Source: Eledone cirrhosa
Taxonomy: Eukaryota
Reading direction: 5' to 3'
DNA: 64,000 bases
Assembly (NCBI GenBank): GCA_964016885.1
Contig: OZ024759.1
Location: 24,242,001-24,306,000 of the forward strand
In this document: positions 1 through 11,762 of the stretch, one piece after another
Position numbering within the stretch: position 1 is the first letter of the stretch
Layout: each line of letters starts with the position of its first letter
Notes under the pieces: model-generated
What the model was told of the DNA's origin: nothing
Database searches by the model: none
What the model saw: the letters and a program-made list of their open reading frames with translations, nothing else
Position numbers and translations under genes: made by a program

Positions 1-58
1 TCTCTATTTTACTTTTAACGGAAAACACCATGCTGTCTGGCTATCTCTCTCCCAATAT

Positions 59-3000
59 ACCTCATACTCTCTACCTCTTTTTGAGTAATCCCTTGCTTGT
101 CTTTCAAGCAAGTTGGTCTTTACTCCTATGGACGTATATACCTTTACACTATCTCATAACCATTCCTATATTCGTCTTTCCAAAACATGTGCTTTAACAC
201 TTTGAGCCCAGTTTACTTCGATATATCCCTATATATCTCTATTTTCCTTTTAACGGAAAACACCTTGCTGTCTGGCTATCTCTCTCCCAATCTACCTCAT
301 ACTCTCTACCTCTTTTTGAGTAACCCTTGCTTGTCTTTCAAGCAAGTTGGTCTTTACTCCTATGGACGTATAAACCTTTACACTATCTCATAACCATTCC
401 TATATTCATCTTTCCAAGTCATGTGCTTTCACATTTTGAGCCCAGTTTACTTCGATATATCCCTATATATCTCTATTTTCCTTTTAACGGAAAACACCAT
501 GCTGTCTGGCTATCTCTCTCCCAATCTACCTCATACTCTCTACCTCTTTTTGAGTAATCCCTTGCTTGTCTTTCAAGCAAGTTGGTCTTTACTCCTATGG
601 ACGTATAAACCTTTACACTATCTCATAACCATTCCTATATTCGTCTTTCCAAGTCATGTGCTTTCACACTTTGAGCCCAGTTTACTTCGATATATCTCTA
701 TATATCTCTATTTTCCTTTTAACGGAAAACACCATGCTGTCTGGCTATCTCTCTCCCAATCTACCTCATACTCTCTACCTCTTTTTGAGTAATCCCTTGC
801 TTGTCTTTCAAGCAAGTTGGTCTTTACTCCTATGGACGTATAAACCTTTACACTATCTCATAACCATTCCTATATTCGTCTTTCCAAAACATGTGCTTTA
901 ACACTTTGAGCCCAGTTTACTTCGATATATCCCTATATATCTCTATTTTCCTTTTAACGGAAAACACCATGCTGTCTGGCTCACTCTCTCCCTTAGCTAC
1001 CTCATGCGATCTATCTCTTTTTGAGTAATCCCTTGCTTGTCTTTCAAGCAAGTTGGTCTTTACTCCTATGGACGTATAAACCTTTACACTATCTCATAAC
1101 CATTCCTATATTCGTCTTTCCAAGTCATGTGCTTTCACACTTTGAGCCCAGTTTATTTCGATATATCTCTATATATCTCTATCTTCCTTTTAACGGAAAG
1201 CACCATGCTGTCTGGCTATCTCTCACCGAATCTACCTCATACTCTCTACCTCTTTTTGAGTAATCCCTTGCTTGTCTTTCAAGCAAGTTGGTCTTTACTC
1301 CTATGGACGTATAAACCTTTACACTATCTCATAACCATTCCTATATTCGTCTTTCCAAGTCATGTGCTTTCACACTTTGAGCCCAGTTTACTTCGATATA
1401 TCCCTATATATCTCTATTTTCCTTTTAACGGAAAACACCATGCTGTCTGGCTATCTCTCTCCCAATCTACCTCATACTCTCTACCTCTTTTTGAGTAATC
1501 CCTTGCTTGTCTTTCAAGCAAGTTGGTCTTTACTCCTATGGACGTATATACCTTTACACTATCTCATAACCATTCCTATATTCGTCTTTCCAAAACATGT
1601 GCTTTAACACTTTGAGCCCAGTTTACTTCGATATATCCCTATATATCTCTATTTTCCTTTTAACGGAAAACACCATGCTGTCTGGCTCTCTCTCTCCCTT
1701 ATCTACCTCATGCGATCTACCTCTTTTTGAGTAATCCCTTGCTTGTCTTTCAAGCAAGTTGGTCTTTACTCCCATGGACGTATAAACCTTTACACTATCT
1801 CATAACCATTCCCATATTCGTCTTTCCAAGTCATGTGCTTTAACACTTTGAGCCCGGTTTACTTCGATATATCTCTATATATCTCTATTTTCCTTTTAAC
1901 GGAAAACACCATGCTGTCTGGCTATCTCTCTCCCAATCTACCTCATACTCTCTACCTCTTTTTGAGTAATCCCTTGCTTGTCTTTCAAGCAAGTTGGTCT
2001 TTACTCCTATGGACGTATAAACCTTTACACTATCTCATAACCATTCCTATATTCGTCTTTCCAAGTCATGTGCTTTCACACTTTGAGCCCAGTTTACTTC
2101 GATATATCTCTATATATCTCTATTTTCCTTTTAACGGAAAACACCATGCTGTCTGGCTATCTCTCTCCCAATCTACCTCATACTCTCTACCTCTTTTTGA
2201 GTAATCCCTTGCTTGTCTTTCAAGCAAGTTGGTCTTTACTCCTATGGACGTATAAACCTTTACACTATCTCATAACCATTCCTATATTCGTCTTTCCAAG
2301 TCATGTGCTTTCACACTTTGAGCCCAGTTTACTTCGATATATCTCTATATAGCTCTATCTTCCTTTTAACGGAAAACACCATGCTGTCTGGCTATCTCTC
2401 ACCCAATCTACCTCATACTCTCTACCTCTTTTTGAGTAATCCCTTGCTTGTCTTTCAAGCAAGTTGGTCTTTACTCCTATGGACGTATATACCTTTACAC
2501 TATCTCATAACCATTCCTATATTCGTCTTTCCAAAACATGTGCTTTAACACTTTGAGCCCAGTTTACTTCGATATATCCCTATATATCTCTATTTTCCTT
2601 TTAACGGAAAACACCTTGCTGTCTGGCTATCTCTCTCCCAATCTACCTCATACTCTCTACCTCTTTTTGAGTAACCCTTGCTTGTCTTTCAAGCAAGTTG
2701 GTCTTTACTCCTATGGACGTATAAACCTTTACACTATCTCATAACCATTCCTATATTCATCTTTCCAAGTCATGTGCTTTCACATTTTGAGCCCAGTTTA
2801 CTTCGATATATCCCTATATATCTCTATTTTCCTTTTAACGGAAAACACCATGCTGTCTGGCTATCTCTCTCCCAATCTACCTCATACTCTCTACCTCTTT
2901 TTGAGTAATCCCTTGCTTGTCTTTCAAGCAAGTTGGTCTTTACTCCTATGGACGTATAAACCTTTACACTATCTCATAACCATTCCTATATTCGTCTTTC

Positions 3001-4163
3001 CAAGTCATGTGCTTTCACACTTTGAGCCCAGTTTACTTCGATATATCTCTATATATCTCTATTTTCCTTTTAACGGAAAACACCATGCTGTCTGGCTATC
3101 TCTCTCCCAATCTACCTCATACTCTCTACCTCTTTTTGAGTAATCCCTTGCTTGTCTTTCAAGCAAGTTGGTCTTTACTCCTATGGACGTATAAACCTTT
3201 ACACTATCTCATAACCATTCCTATATTCGTCTTTCCAAAACATGTGCTTTAACACTTTGAGCCCAGTTTACTTCGATATATCCCTATATATCTCTATTTT
3301 CCTTTTAACGGAAAACACCATGCTGTCTGGCTCACTCTCTCCCTTAGCTACCTCATGCGATCTATCTCTTTTTGAGTAATCCCTTGCTTGTCTTTCAAGC
3401 AAGTTTGTCTTTACTCCTATGGACGTATAAACCTTTACACTATCTCATAACCATTCCTATATTCGTCTTTCCAAGTCATGTGCTTTCACACTTTGAGCCC
3501 AGTTTACTTCGATATATCTCTATATATCTCTATCTTCCTTTTAACGGAAAGCACCATGCTGTCTGGCTATCTCTCACCGAATCTACCTCATACTCTCTAC
3601 CTCTTTTTGAGTAATCCCTTGCTTGTCTTTCAAGCAAGTTGGTCTTTACTCCTATGGACGTATAAACCTTTACACTATCTCATAACCATTCCTATATTCG
3701 TCTTTCCAAGTCATGTGCTTTCACACTTTGAGCCCAGTTTACTTCGATATATCCCTATATATCTCTATTTTCCTTTTAACGGAAAACACCATGCTGTCTG
3801 GCTATCTCTCTCCCAATCTACCTCATACTCTCTACCTCTTTTTGAGTAATCCCTTGCTTGTCTTTCAAGCAAGTTGGTCTTTACTCCTATGGACGTATAT
3901 ACCTTTACACTATCTCATAACCATTCCTATATTCGTCTTTCCAAAACATGTGCTTTAACACTTTGAGCCCAGTTTACTTCGATATATCCCTATATATCTC
4001 TATTTTCCTTTTAACGGAAAACACCATGCTGTCTGGCTCTCTCTCTCCCTTATCTACCTCATGCGATCTACCTCTTTTTGAGTAATCCCTTGCTTGTCTT
4101 TCAAGCAAGTTGGTCTTTACTCCCATGGACGTATAAACCTTTACACTATCTCATAACCATTCC
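59..4163. repeat. 10-mer higher-order repeat (period 2,351 bp), ~1.75 tandem copies
   Basis: Monomer variants repeat at offset 2351: 187/2538 (234-bp monomer with ACCTTG), 421/2772 (CACATTTTG), 891/3242 (236-bp CTCACT..TTAGCT..GATCTATC), 1127/3478 (GGAAAGC, ACCGAA). The match ends at 1813 C versus 4164 T. The same block recurs at ~13589, ~41331, ~43682 and ~54264. Confidence 0.9.
83..125. other. Imperfect inverted repeat (dyad) present once per monomer; first copy shown
   Basis: GAGTAA-t-CC-CTTGCTTG-[TCTTT]-CAAGCAAG-tt-GG-tct-TTACTC: perfect 8-bp inner stem (92-99 with 105-112), plus CC/GG and a 6-bp outer stem (83-88 with 120-125). Confidence 0.85.
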
Positions 4164-7006
4164 TATATTCGTCTTTCCAAGTCATGTGCTTTGACACTTT
4201 GAGCCCAGTTTACTTCGATATATCTCTATATATCTCTATCTTCCTTTTAACGGAAAGCACCATGCTGTCTGGCTATCTCTCACCGAATCTACCTCATACT
4301 CTCTACCTCTTTTTGAGTAATCCCTTGCTTGTCTTTCAAGCAAGTTGGTCTTTACTCCTATGGACGTATAAACCTTTACACTATCTCATAACCATTCCTA
4401 TATTCGTCTTTCCAAGTCATGTGCTTTCACACTTTGAGCCCAGTTTACTTCGATATATCCCTATATATCTCTATTTTCCTTTTAACGGAAAACACCATGC
4501 TGTCTGGCTATCTCTCTCCCAATCTACCTCATACTCTCTACCTCTTTTTGAGTAATCCCTTGCTTGTCTTTCAAGCAAGTTGGTCTTTACTCCTATGGAC
4601 GTATATACCTTTACACTATCTCATAACCATTCCTATATTCGTCTTTCCAAAACATGTGCTTTAACACTTTGAGCCCAGTTTACTTCGATATATCCCTATA
4701 TATCTCTATTTTCCTTTTAACGGAAAACACCATGCTGTCTGGCTCTCTCTCTCCCTTATCTACCTCATGCGATCTACCTCTTTTTGAGTAATCCCTTGCT
4801 TGTCTTTCAAGCAAGTTGGTCTTTACTCCCATGGACGTATAAACCTTTACACTATCTCATAACCATTCCCATATTCGTCTTTCCAAGTCATGTGCTTTAA
4901 CACTTTGAGCCCGGTTTACTTCGATATATCTCTATATATCTCTATTTTCCTTTTAACGGAAAACACCATGCTGTCTGGCTATCTCTCTCCCAATCTACCT
5001 CATACTCTCTACCTCTTTTTGAGTAATCCCTTGCTTGTCTTTCAAGCAAGTTGGTCTTTACTCCTATGGACGTATAAACCTTTACACTATCTCATAACCA
5101 TTCCTATATTCGTCTTTCCAAGTCATGTGCTTTCACACTTTGAGCCCAGTTTACTTCGATATATCTCTATATATCTCTATTTTCCTTTTAACGGAAAACA
5201 CCATGCTGTCTGGCTATCTCTCTCCCAATCTACCTCATACTCTCTACCTCTTTTTGAGTAATCCCTTGCTTGTCTTTCAAGCAAGTTGGTCTTTACTCCT
5301 ATGGACGTATAAACCTTTACACTATCTCATAACCATTCCTATATTCGTCTTTCCAAGTCATGTGCTTTCACACTTTGAGCCCAGTTTACTTCGATATATC
5401 TCTATATAGCTCTATCTTCCTTTTAACGGAAAACACCATGCTGTCTGGCTATCTCTCACCCAATCTACCTCATACTCTCTACCTCTTTTTGAGTAATCCC
5501 TTGCTTGTCTTTCAAGCAAGTTGGTCTTTACTCCTATGGACGTATATACCTTTACACTATCTCATAACCATTCCTATATTCGTCTTTCCAAAACATGTGC
5601 TTTAACACTTTGAGCCCAGTTTACTTCGATATATCTCTATATATCTCTATCTTCCTTTTAACGGAAAGCACCATGCTGTCTGGCTATCTCTCACCGAATC
5701 TACCTCATACTCTCTACCTCTTTTTGAGTAATCCCTTGCTTGTCTTTCAAGCAAGTTGGTCTTTACTCCTATGGACGTATAAACCTTTACACTATCTCAT
5801 AACCATTCCTATATTCGTCTTTCCAAGTCATGTGCTTTCACACTTTGAGCCCAGTTTACTTCGATATATCCCTATATATCTCTATTTTCCTTTTAACGGA
5901 AAACACCATGCTGTCTGGCTATCTCTCTCCCAATCTACCTCATACTCTCTACCTCTTTTTGAGTAATCCCTTGCTTGTCTTTCAAGCAAGTTGGTCTTTA
6001 CTCCTATGGACGTATATACCTTTACACTATCTCATAACCATTCCTATATTCGTCTTTCCAAAACATGTGCTTTAACACTTTGAGCCCAGTTTACTTCGAT
6101 ATATCCCTATATATCTCTATTTTCCTTTTAACGGAAAACACCATGCTGTCTGGCTCTCTCTCTCCCTTATCTACCTCATGCGATCTACCTCTTTTTGAGT
6201 AATCCCTTGCTTGTCTTTCAAGCAAGTTGGTCTTTACTCCCATGGACGTATAAACCTTTACACTATCTCATAACCATTCCTATATTCGTCTTTCCAAGTC
6301 ATGTGCTTTCACACTTTGAGCCCAGTTTACTTCGATATATCCCTATATATCTCTATTTTCCTTTTAACGGAAAACACCATGCTGTCTGGCTATCTCTCTC
6401 CCAATCTACCTCATACTCTCTACCTCTTTTTGAGTAATCCCTTGCTTGTCTTTCAAGCAAGTTGGTCTTTACTCCTATGGACGTATATACCTTTACACTA
6501 TCTCATAACCATTCCTATATTCGTCTTTCCAAAACATGTGCTTTAACACTTTGAGCCCAGTTTACTTCGATATATCCCTATATATCTCTATTTTCCTTTT
6601 AACGGAAAACACCATGCTGTCTGGCTCTCTCTCTCCCTTATCTACCTCATGCGATCTACCTCTTTTTGAGTAATCCCTTGCTTGTCTTTCAAGCAAGTTG
6701 GTCTTTACTCCCATGGACGTATAAACCTTTACACTATCTCATAACCATTCCCATATTCGTCTTTCCAAGTCATGTGCTTTAACACTTTGAGCCCGGTTTA
6801 CTTCGATATATCTCTATATATCTCTATTTTCCTTTTAACGGAAAACACCATGCTGTCTGGCTATCTCTCTCCCAATCTACCTCATACTCTCTACCTCTTT
6901 TTGAGTAATCCCTTGCTTGTCTTTCAAGCAAGTTGGTCTTTACTCCTATGGACGTATAAACCTTTACACTATCTCATAACCATTCCTATATTCGTCTTTC
7001 CAAGTC

Positions 7007-8414
7007 ATGTGCTTTCACACTTTGAGCCCAGTTTACTTCGATATATCTCTATATATCTCTATTTTCCTTTTAACGGAAAACACCATGCTGTCTGGCTATC
7101 TCTCTCCCAATCTACCTCATACTCTCTACCTCTTTTTGAGTAATCCCTTGCTTGTCTTTCAAGCAAGTTGGTCTTTACTCCTATGGACGTATAAACCTTT
7201 ACACTATCTCATAACCATTCCTATATTCGTCTTTCCAAGTCATGTGCTTTCACACTTTGAGCCCAGTTTACTTCGATATATCTCTATATAGCTCTATCTT
7301 CCTTTTAACGGAAAACACCATGCTGTCTGGCTATCTCTCACCCAATCTACCTCATACTCTCTACCTATTTTTGAGTAATCCCTTGCTTGTCTTTCAAGCA
7401 AGTTGGTCTTTACTCCTATGGACGTATATACCTTTACACTATCTCATAACCATTCCTATATTCGTCTTTCCAAAACATGTGCTTTAACACTTTGAGCCCA
7501 GTTTACTTCGATATATCCCTATATATCTCTATTTTCCTTTTAACGGAAAACACCTTGCTGTCTGGCTATCTCTCTCCCAATCTACCTCATACTCTCTACC
7601 TCTTTTTGAGCAACCCTTGCTTGTCTTTCAAGCAAGTTGGTCTTTACTCCTATGGACGTATAAACCTTTACACTATCTCATAACCATTCCTATATTCGTC
7701 TTTCCAAGTCATGTGCTTTCACACTTTGAGCCCAGTTTACTTCGATATATCTCTATATATCTCTATTTTCCTTTTAACGGAAAACACCATGCTGTCTGGC
7801 TATCTCTCTCCCAATCTACCTCATACTCTCTACCTCTTTTTGAGTAATCCCTTGCTTGTCTTTCAAGCAAGTTGGTCTTTACTCCTATGGACGTATAAAC
7901 CTTTACACTATCTCATAACCATTCCTATATTCGTCTTTCCAAGTCATGTGCTTTCACACTTTGAGCCCAGTTTACTTCGATATATCTCTATATAGCTCTA
8001 TCTTCCTTTTAACGGAAAACACCATGCTGTCTGGCTATCTCTCACCCAATCTACCTCATACTCTCTACCTATTTTTGAGTAATCCCTTGCTTGTCTTTCA
8101 AGCAAGTTGGTCTTTACTCCTATGGACGTATATACCTTTACACTATCTCATAACCATTCCTATATTCGTCTTTCCAAAACATGTGCTTTAACACTTTGAG
8201 CCCAGTTTACTTCGATATATCCCTATATATCTCTATTTTCCTTTTAACGGAAAACACCTTGCTGTCTGGCTATCTCTCTCCCAATCTACCTCATACTCTC
8301 TACCTCTTTTTGAGCAACCCTTGCTTGTCTTTCAAGCAAGTTGGTCTTTACTCCTATGGACGTATAAACCTTTACACTATCTCATAACCATTCCTATATT
8401 CGTCTTTCCAAGTC
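7007..8414. repeat. 3-mer tandem duplication (period 704 bp)
   Basis: Rare markers CTACCTATTTTTG (7367/8071) and GAGCAACCC (7611/8315) both repeat at offset 704. Confidence 0.9.
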
Positions 8415-8425
8415 ATGTGCTTTCA

Positions 8426-11400
8426 CACTTTGAGCCCAGTTTACTTCGATATATCTCTATATATCTCTATTTTCCTTTTAACGGAAAACACCATGCTGTC
8501 TGGCTATCTCTCTCCCAATCTACCTCATACTCTCTACCTCTTTTTGAGTAATCCCTTGCTTGTCTTTCAAGCAAGTTGGTCTTTACTCCTATGGACGTAT
8601 AAACCTTTACACTATCTCATAACCATTCCTATATTCGTCTTTCCAAGTCATGTGCTTTGACACTTTGAGCCCAGTTTACTTCGATATATCTCTATATATC
8701 TCTATCTTCCTTTTAACGGAAAGCACCATGCTGTCTGGCTATCTCTCACCGAATCTACCTCATACTCTCTACCTCTTTTTGAGTAATCCCTTGCTTGTCT
8801 TTCAAGCAAGTTGGTCTTTACTCCTATGGACGTATAAACCTTTACACTATCTCATAACCATTCCTATATTCGTCTTTCCAAGTCATGTGCTTTCACACTT
8901 TGAGCCCAGTTTACTTCGATATATCCCTATATATCTCTATTTTCCTTTTAACGGAAAACACCATGCTGTCTGGCTATCTCTCTCCCAATCTACCTCATAC
9001 TCTCTACCTCTTTTTGAGTAATCCCTTGCTTGTCTTTCAAGCAAGTTGGTCTTTACTCCTATGGACGTATATACCTTTACACTATCTCATAACCATTCCT
9101 ATATTCGTCTTTCCAAAACATGTGCTTTAACACTTTGAGCCCAGTTTACTTCGATATATCCCTATATATCTCTATTTTCCTTTTAACGGAAAACACCATG
9201 CTGTCTGGCTCTCTCTCTCCCTTATCTACCTCATGCGATCTACCTCTTTTTGAGTAATCCCTTGCTTGTCTTTCAAGCAAGTTGGTCTTTACTCCCATGG
9301 ACGTATAAACCTTTACACTATCTCATAACCATTCCCATATTCCTCTTTCCAAGTCATGTGCTTTAACACTTTGAGCCCGGTTTACTTCGATATATCTCTA
9401 TATATCTCTATTTTCCTTTTAACGGAAAACACCATGCTGTCTGGCTATCTCTCTCCCAATCTACCTCATACTCTCTACCTCTTTTTGAGTAATCCCTTGC
9501 TTGTCTTTCAAGCAAGTTGGTCTTTACTCCTATGGACGTATAAACCTTTACACTATCTCATAACCATTCCTATATTCGTCTTTCCAAGTCATGTGCTTTC
9601 ACACTTTGAGCACAGTTTACTTCGATATATCTCTATATATCACTATTTTCCTTTTAACGGAAAACACCATGCTGTCTGGCTATCTCTCTCCCAATCTACC
9701 TCATACTCTCTACCTCTTTTTGAGTAATCCCTTGCTTGTCTTTCAAGCAAGTTGGTCTTTACTCCTATGGACGTATAAACCTTTACACTATCTCATAACC
9801 ATTCCTATATTCGTCTTTCCAAGTCATGTGCTTTCACACTTTGAGCCCAGTTTACTTCGATATATCTCTATATAGCTCTATCTTCCTTTTAACGGAAAAC
9901 ACCATGCTGTCTGGCTATCTCTCACCCAATCTACCTCATACTCTCTACCTCTTTTTGAGTAATCCCTTGCTTGTCTTTCAAGCAAGTTGGTCTTTACTCC
10001 TATGGACGTATATACCTTTACACTATCTCATAACCATTCCTATATTCGTCTTTCCAAAACATGTGCTTTAACACTTTGAGCCCAGTTTACTTCGATATAT
10101 CTCTATATATCTCTATTTTCCTTTTAACGGAAAACACCATGCTGTCTGGCTATCTCTCTCCCAATCTACCTCATACTCTCTACCTCTTTTTGAGTAATCC
10201 CTTGCTTGTCTTTCAAGCAAGTTGGTCTTTACTCCTATGGACGTATAAACCTTTACACTATCTCATAACCATTCCTATATTCGTCTTTCCAAGTCATGTG
10301 CTTTGACACTTTGAGCCCAGTCTACTTCGATATATCTCTATATATCTCTATCTTCCTTTTAACGGAAAGCACCATGCTGTCTGGCTATCTCTCACCGAAT
10401 CTACCTCATACTCTCTACCTCTTTTTGAGTAATCCCTTGCTTGTCTTTCAAGCAAGTTGGTCTTTACTCCTATGGACGTATAAACCTTTACACTATCTCA
10501 TAACCATTCCTATATTCGTCTTTCCAAGTCATGTGCTTTCACACTTTGAGCCCAGTTTACTTCGATATATCCCTATATATCTCTATTTTCCTTTTAACGG
10601 AAAACACCATGCTGTCTGGCTATCTCTCTCCCAATCTACCTCATACTCTCTACCTCTTTTTGAGTAATCCCTTGCTTGTCTTTCAAGCAAGTTGGTCTTT
10701 ACTCCTATGGACGTATATACCTTTACACTATCTCATAACCATTCCTATATTCGTCTTTCCAAAACATGTGCTTTAACACTTTGAGCCCAGTTTACTTCGA
10801 TATATCCCTATATATCTCTATTTTCCTTTTAACGGAAAACACCATGCTGTCTGGCTCTCTCTCTCCCTTATCTACCTCATGCGATCTACCTCTTTTTGAG
10901 TAATCCCTTGCTTGTCTTTCAAGCAAGTTGGTCTTTACTCCCATGGACGTATAAACCTTTACACTATCTCATAACCATTCCCATATTCGTCTTTCCAAGT
11001 CATGTGCTTTAACACTTTGAGCCCGGTTTACTTCGATATATCTCTATATATCTCTATTTTCCTTTTAACGGAAAACACCATGCTGTCTGGCTATCTCTCT
11101 CCCAATCTACCTCATACTCTCTACCTCTTTTTGAGTAATCCCTTGCTTGTCTTTCAAGCAAGTTGGTCTTTACTCCTATGGACGTATAAACCTTTACACT
11201 ATCTCATAACCATTCCTATATTCGTCTTTCCAAGTCATGTGCTTTCACACTTTGAGCACAGTTTACTTCGATATATCTCTATATATCACTATTTTCCTTT
11301 TAACGGAAAACACCATGCTGTCTGGCTATCTCTCTCCCAATCTACCTCATACTCTCTACCTCTTTTTGAGTAATCCCTTGCTTGTCTTTCAAGCAAGTTG

Positions 11401-11762
11401 GTCTTTACTCCTATGGACGTATAAACCTTTACACTATCTCATAACCATTCCTATATTCGTCTTTCCAAGTCATGTGCTTTCACACTTTGAGCCCAGTTTA
11501 CTTCGATATATCTCTATATAGCTCTATCTTCCTTTTAACGGAAAACACCATGCTGTCTGGCTATCTCTCACCCAATCTACCTCATACTCTCTACCTCTTT
11601 TTGAGTAATCCCTTGCTTGTCTTTCAAGCAAGTTGGTCTTTACTCCTATGGACGTATATACCTTTACACTATCTCATAACCATTCCTATATTCGTCTTTC
11701 CAAAACATGTGCTTTAACACTTTGAGCCCAGTTTACTTCGATATATCTCTATATATCTCTAT
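8426..11762. repeat. 7-mer higher-order repeat (period 1,646 bp), 2 copies; also at ~49.1-52.4 kb
   Basis: Markers GCTTTGACAC (monomers 8650/10296) and GAGCACAG plus ATATCACTAT (monomers 9591/11237) repeat at offset 1646. The same pairs occur at 49325/50971 and 50266/51912. Confidence 0.9.

Noticed and set aside
92-112. Rho-independent terminator
   Set aside because: No U-tract directly follows the stem on either strand, no gene lies upstream, and the context is satellite DNA.
685-702. CENP-B box candidate at CTTCGATATATC
   Set aside because: Only TTCG matches; the required TTCGNNNNANNCGGG pattern lacks the CGGG.
838-852. TATAAA as a TATA box, or TAAACC as a plant telomere-like motif
   Set aside because: A single short motif in AT-rich repeat DNA, not tandem, variable among monomers (TATATA, TATGAA, TATAAG), and with no downstream gene.
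1180-1201. Possible compensatory change in the TTTTCC/GGAAAA dyad (TCTTCC...GGAAAG variant)
   Set aside because: The complement of TCTTCC is GGAAGA, not GGAAAG, so the two substitutions do not pair. TCTTCC also occurs often without the G.
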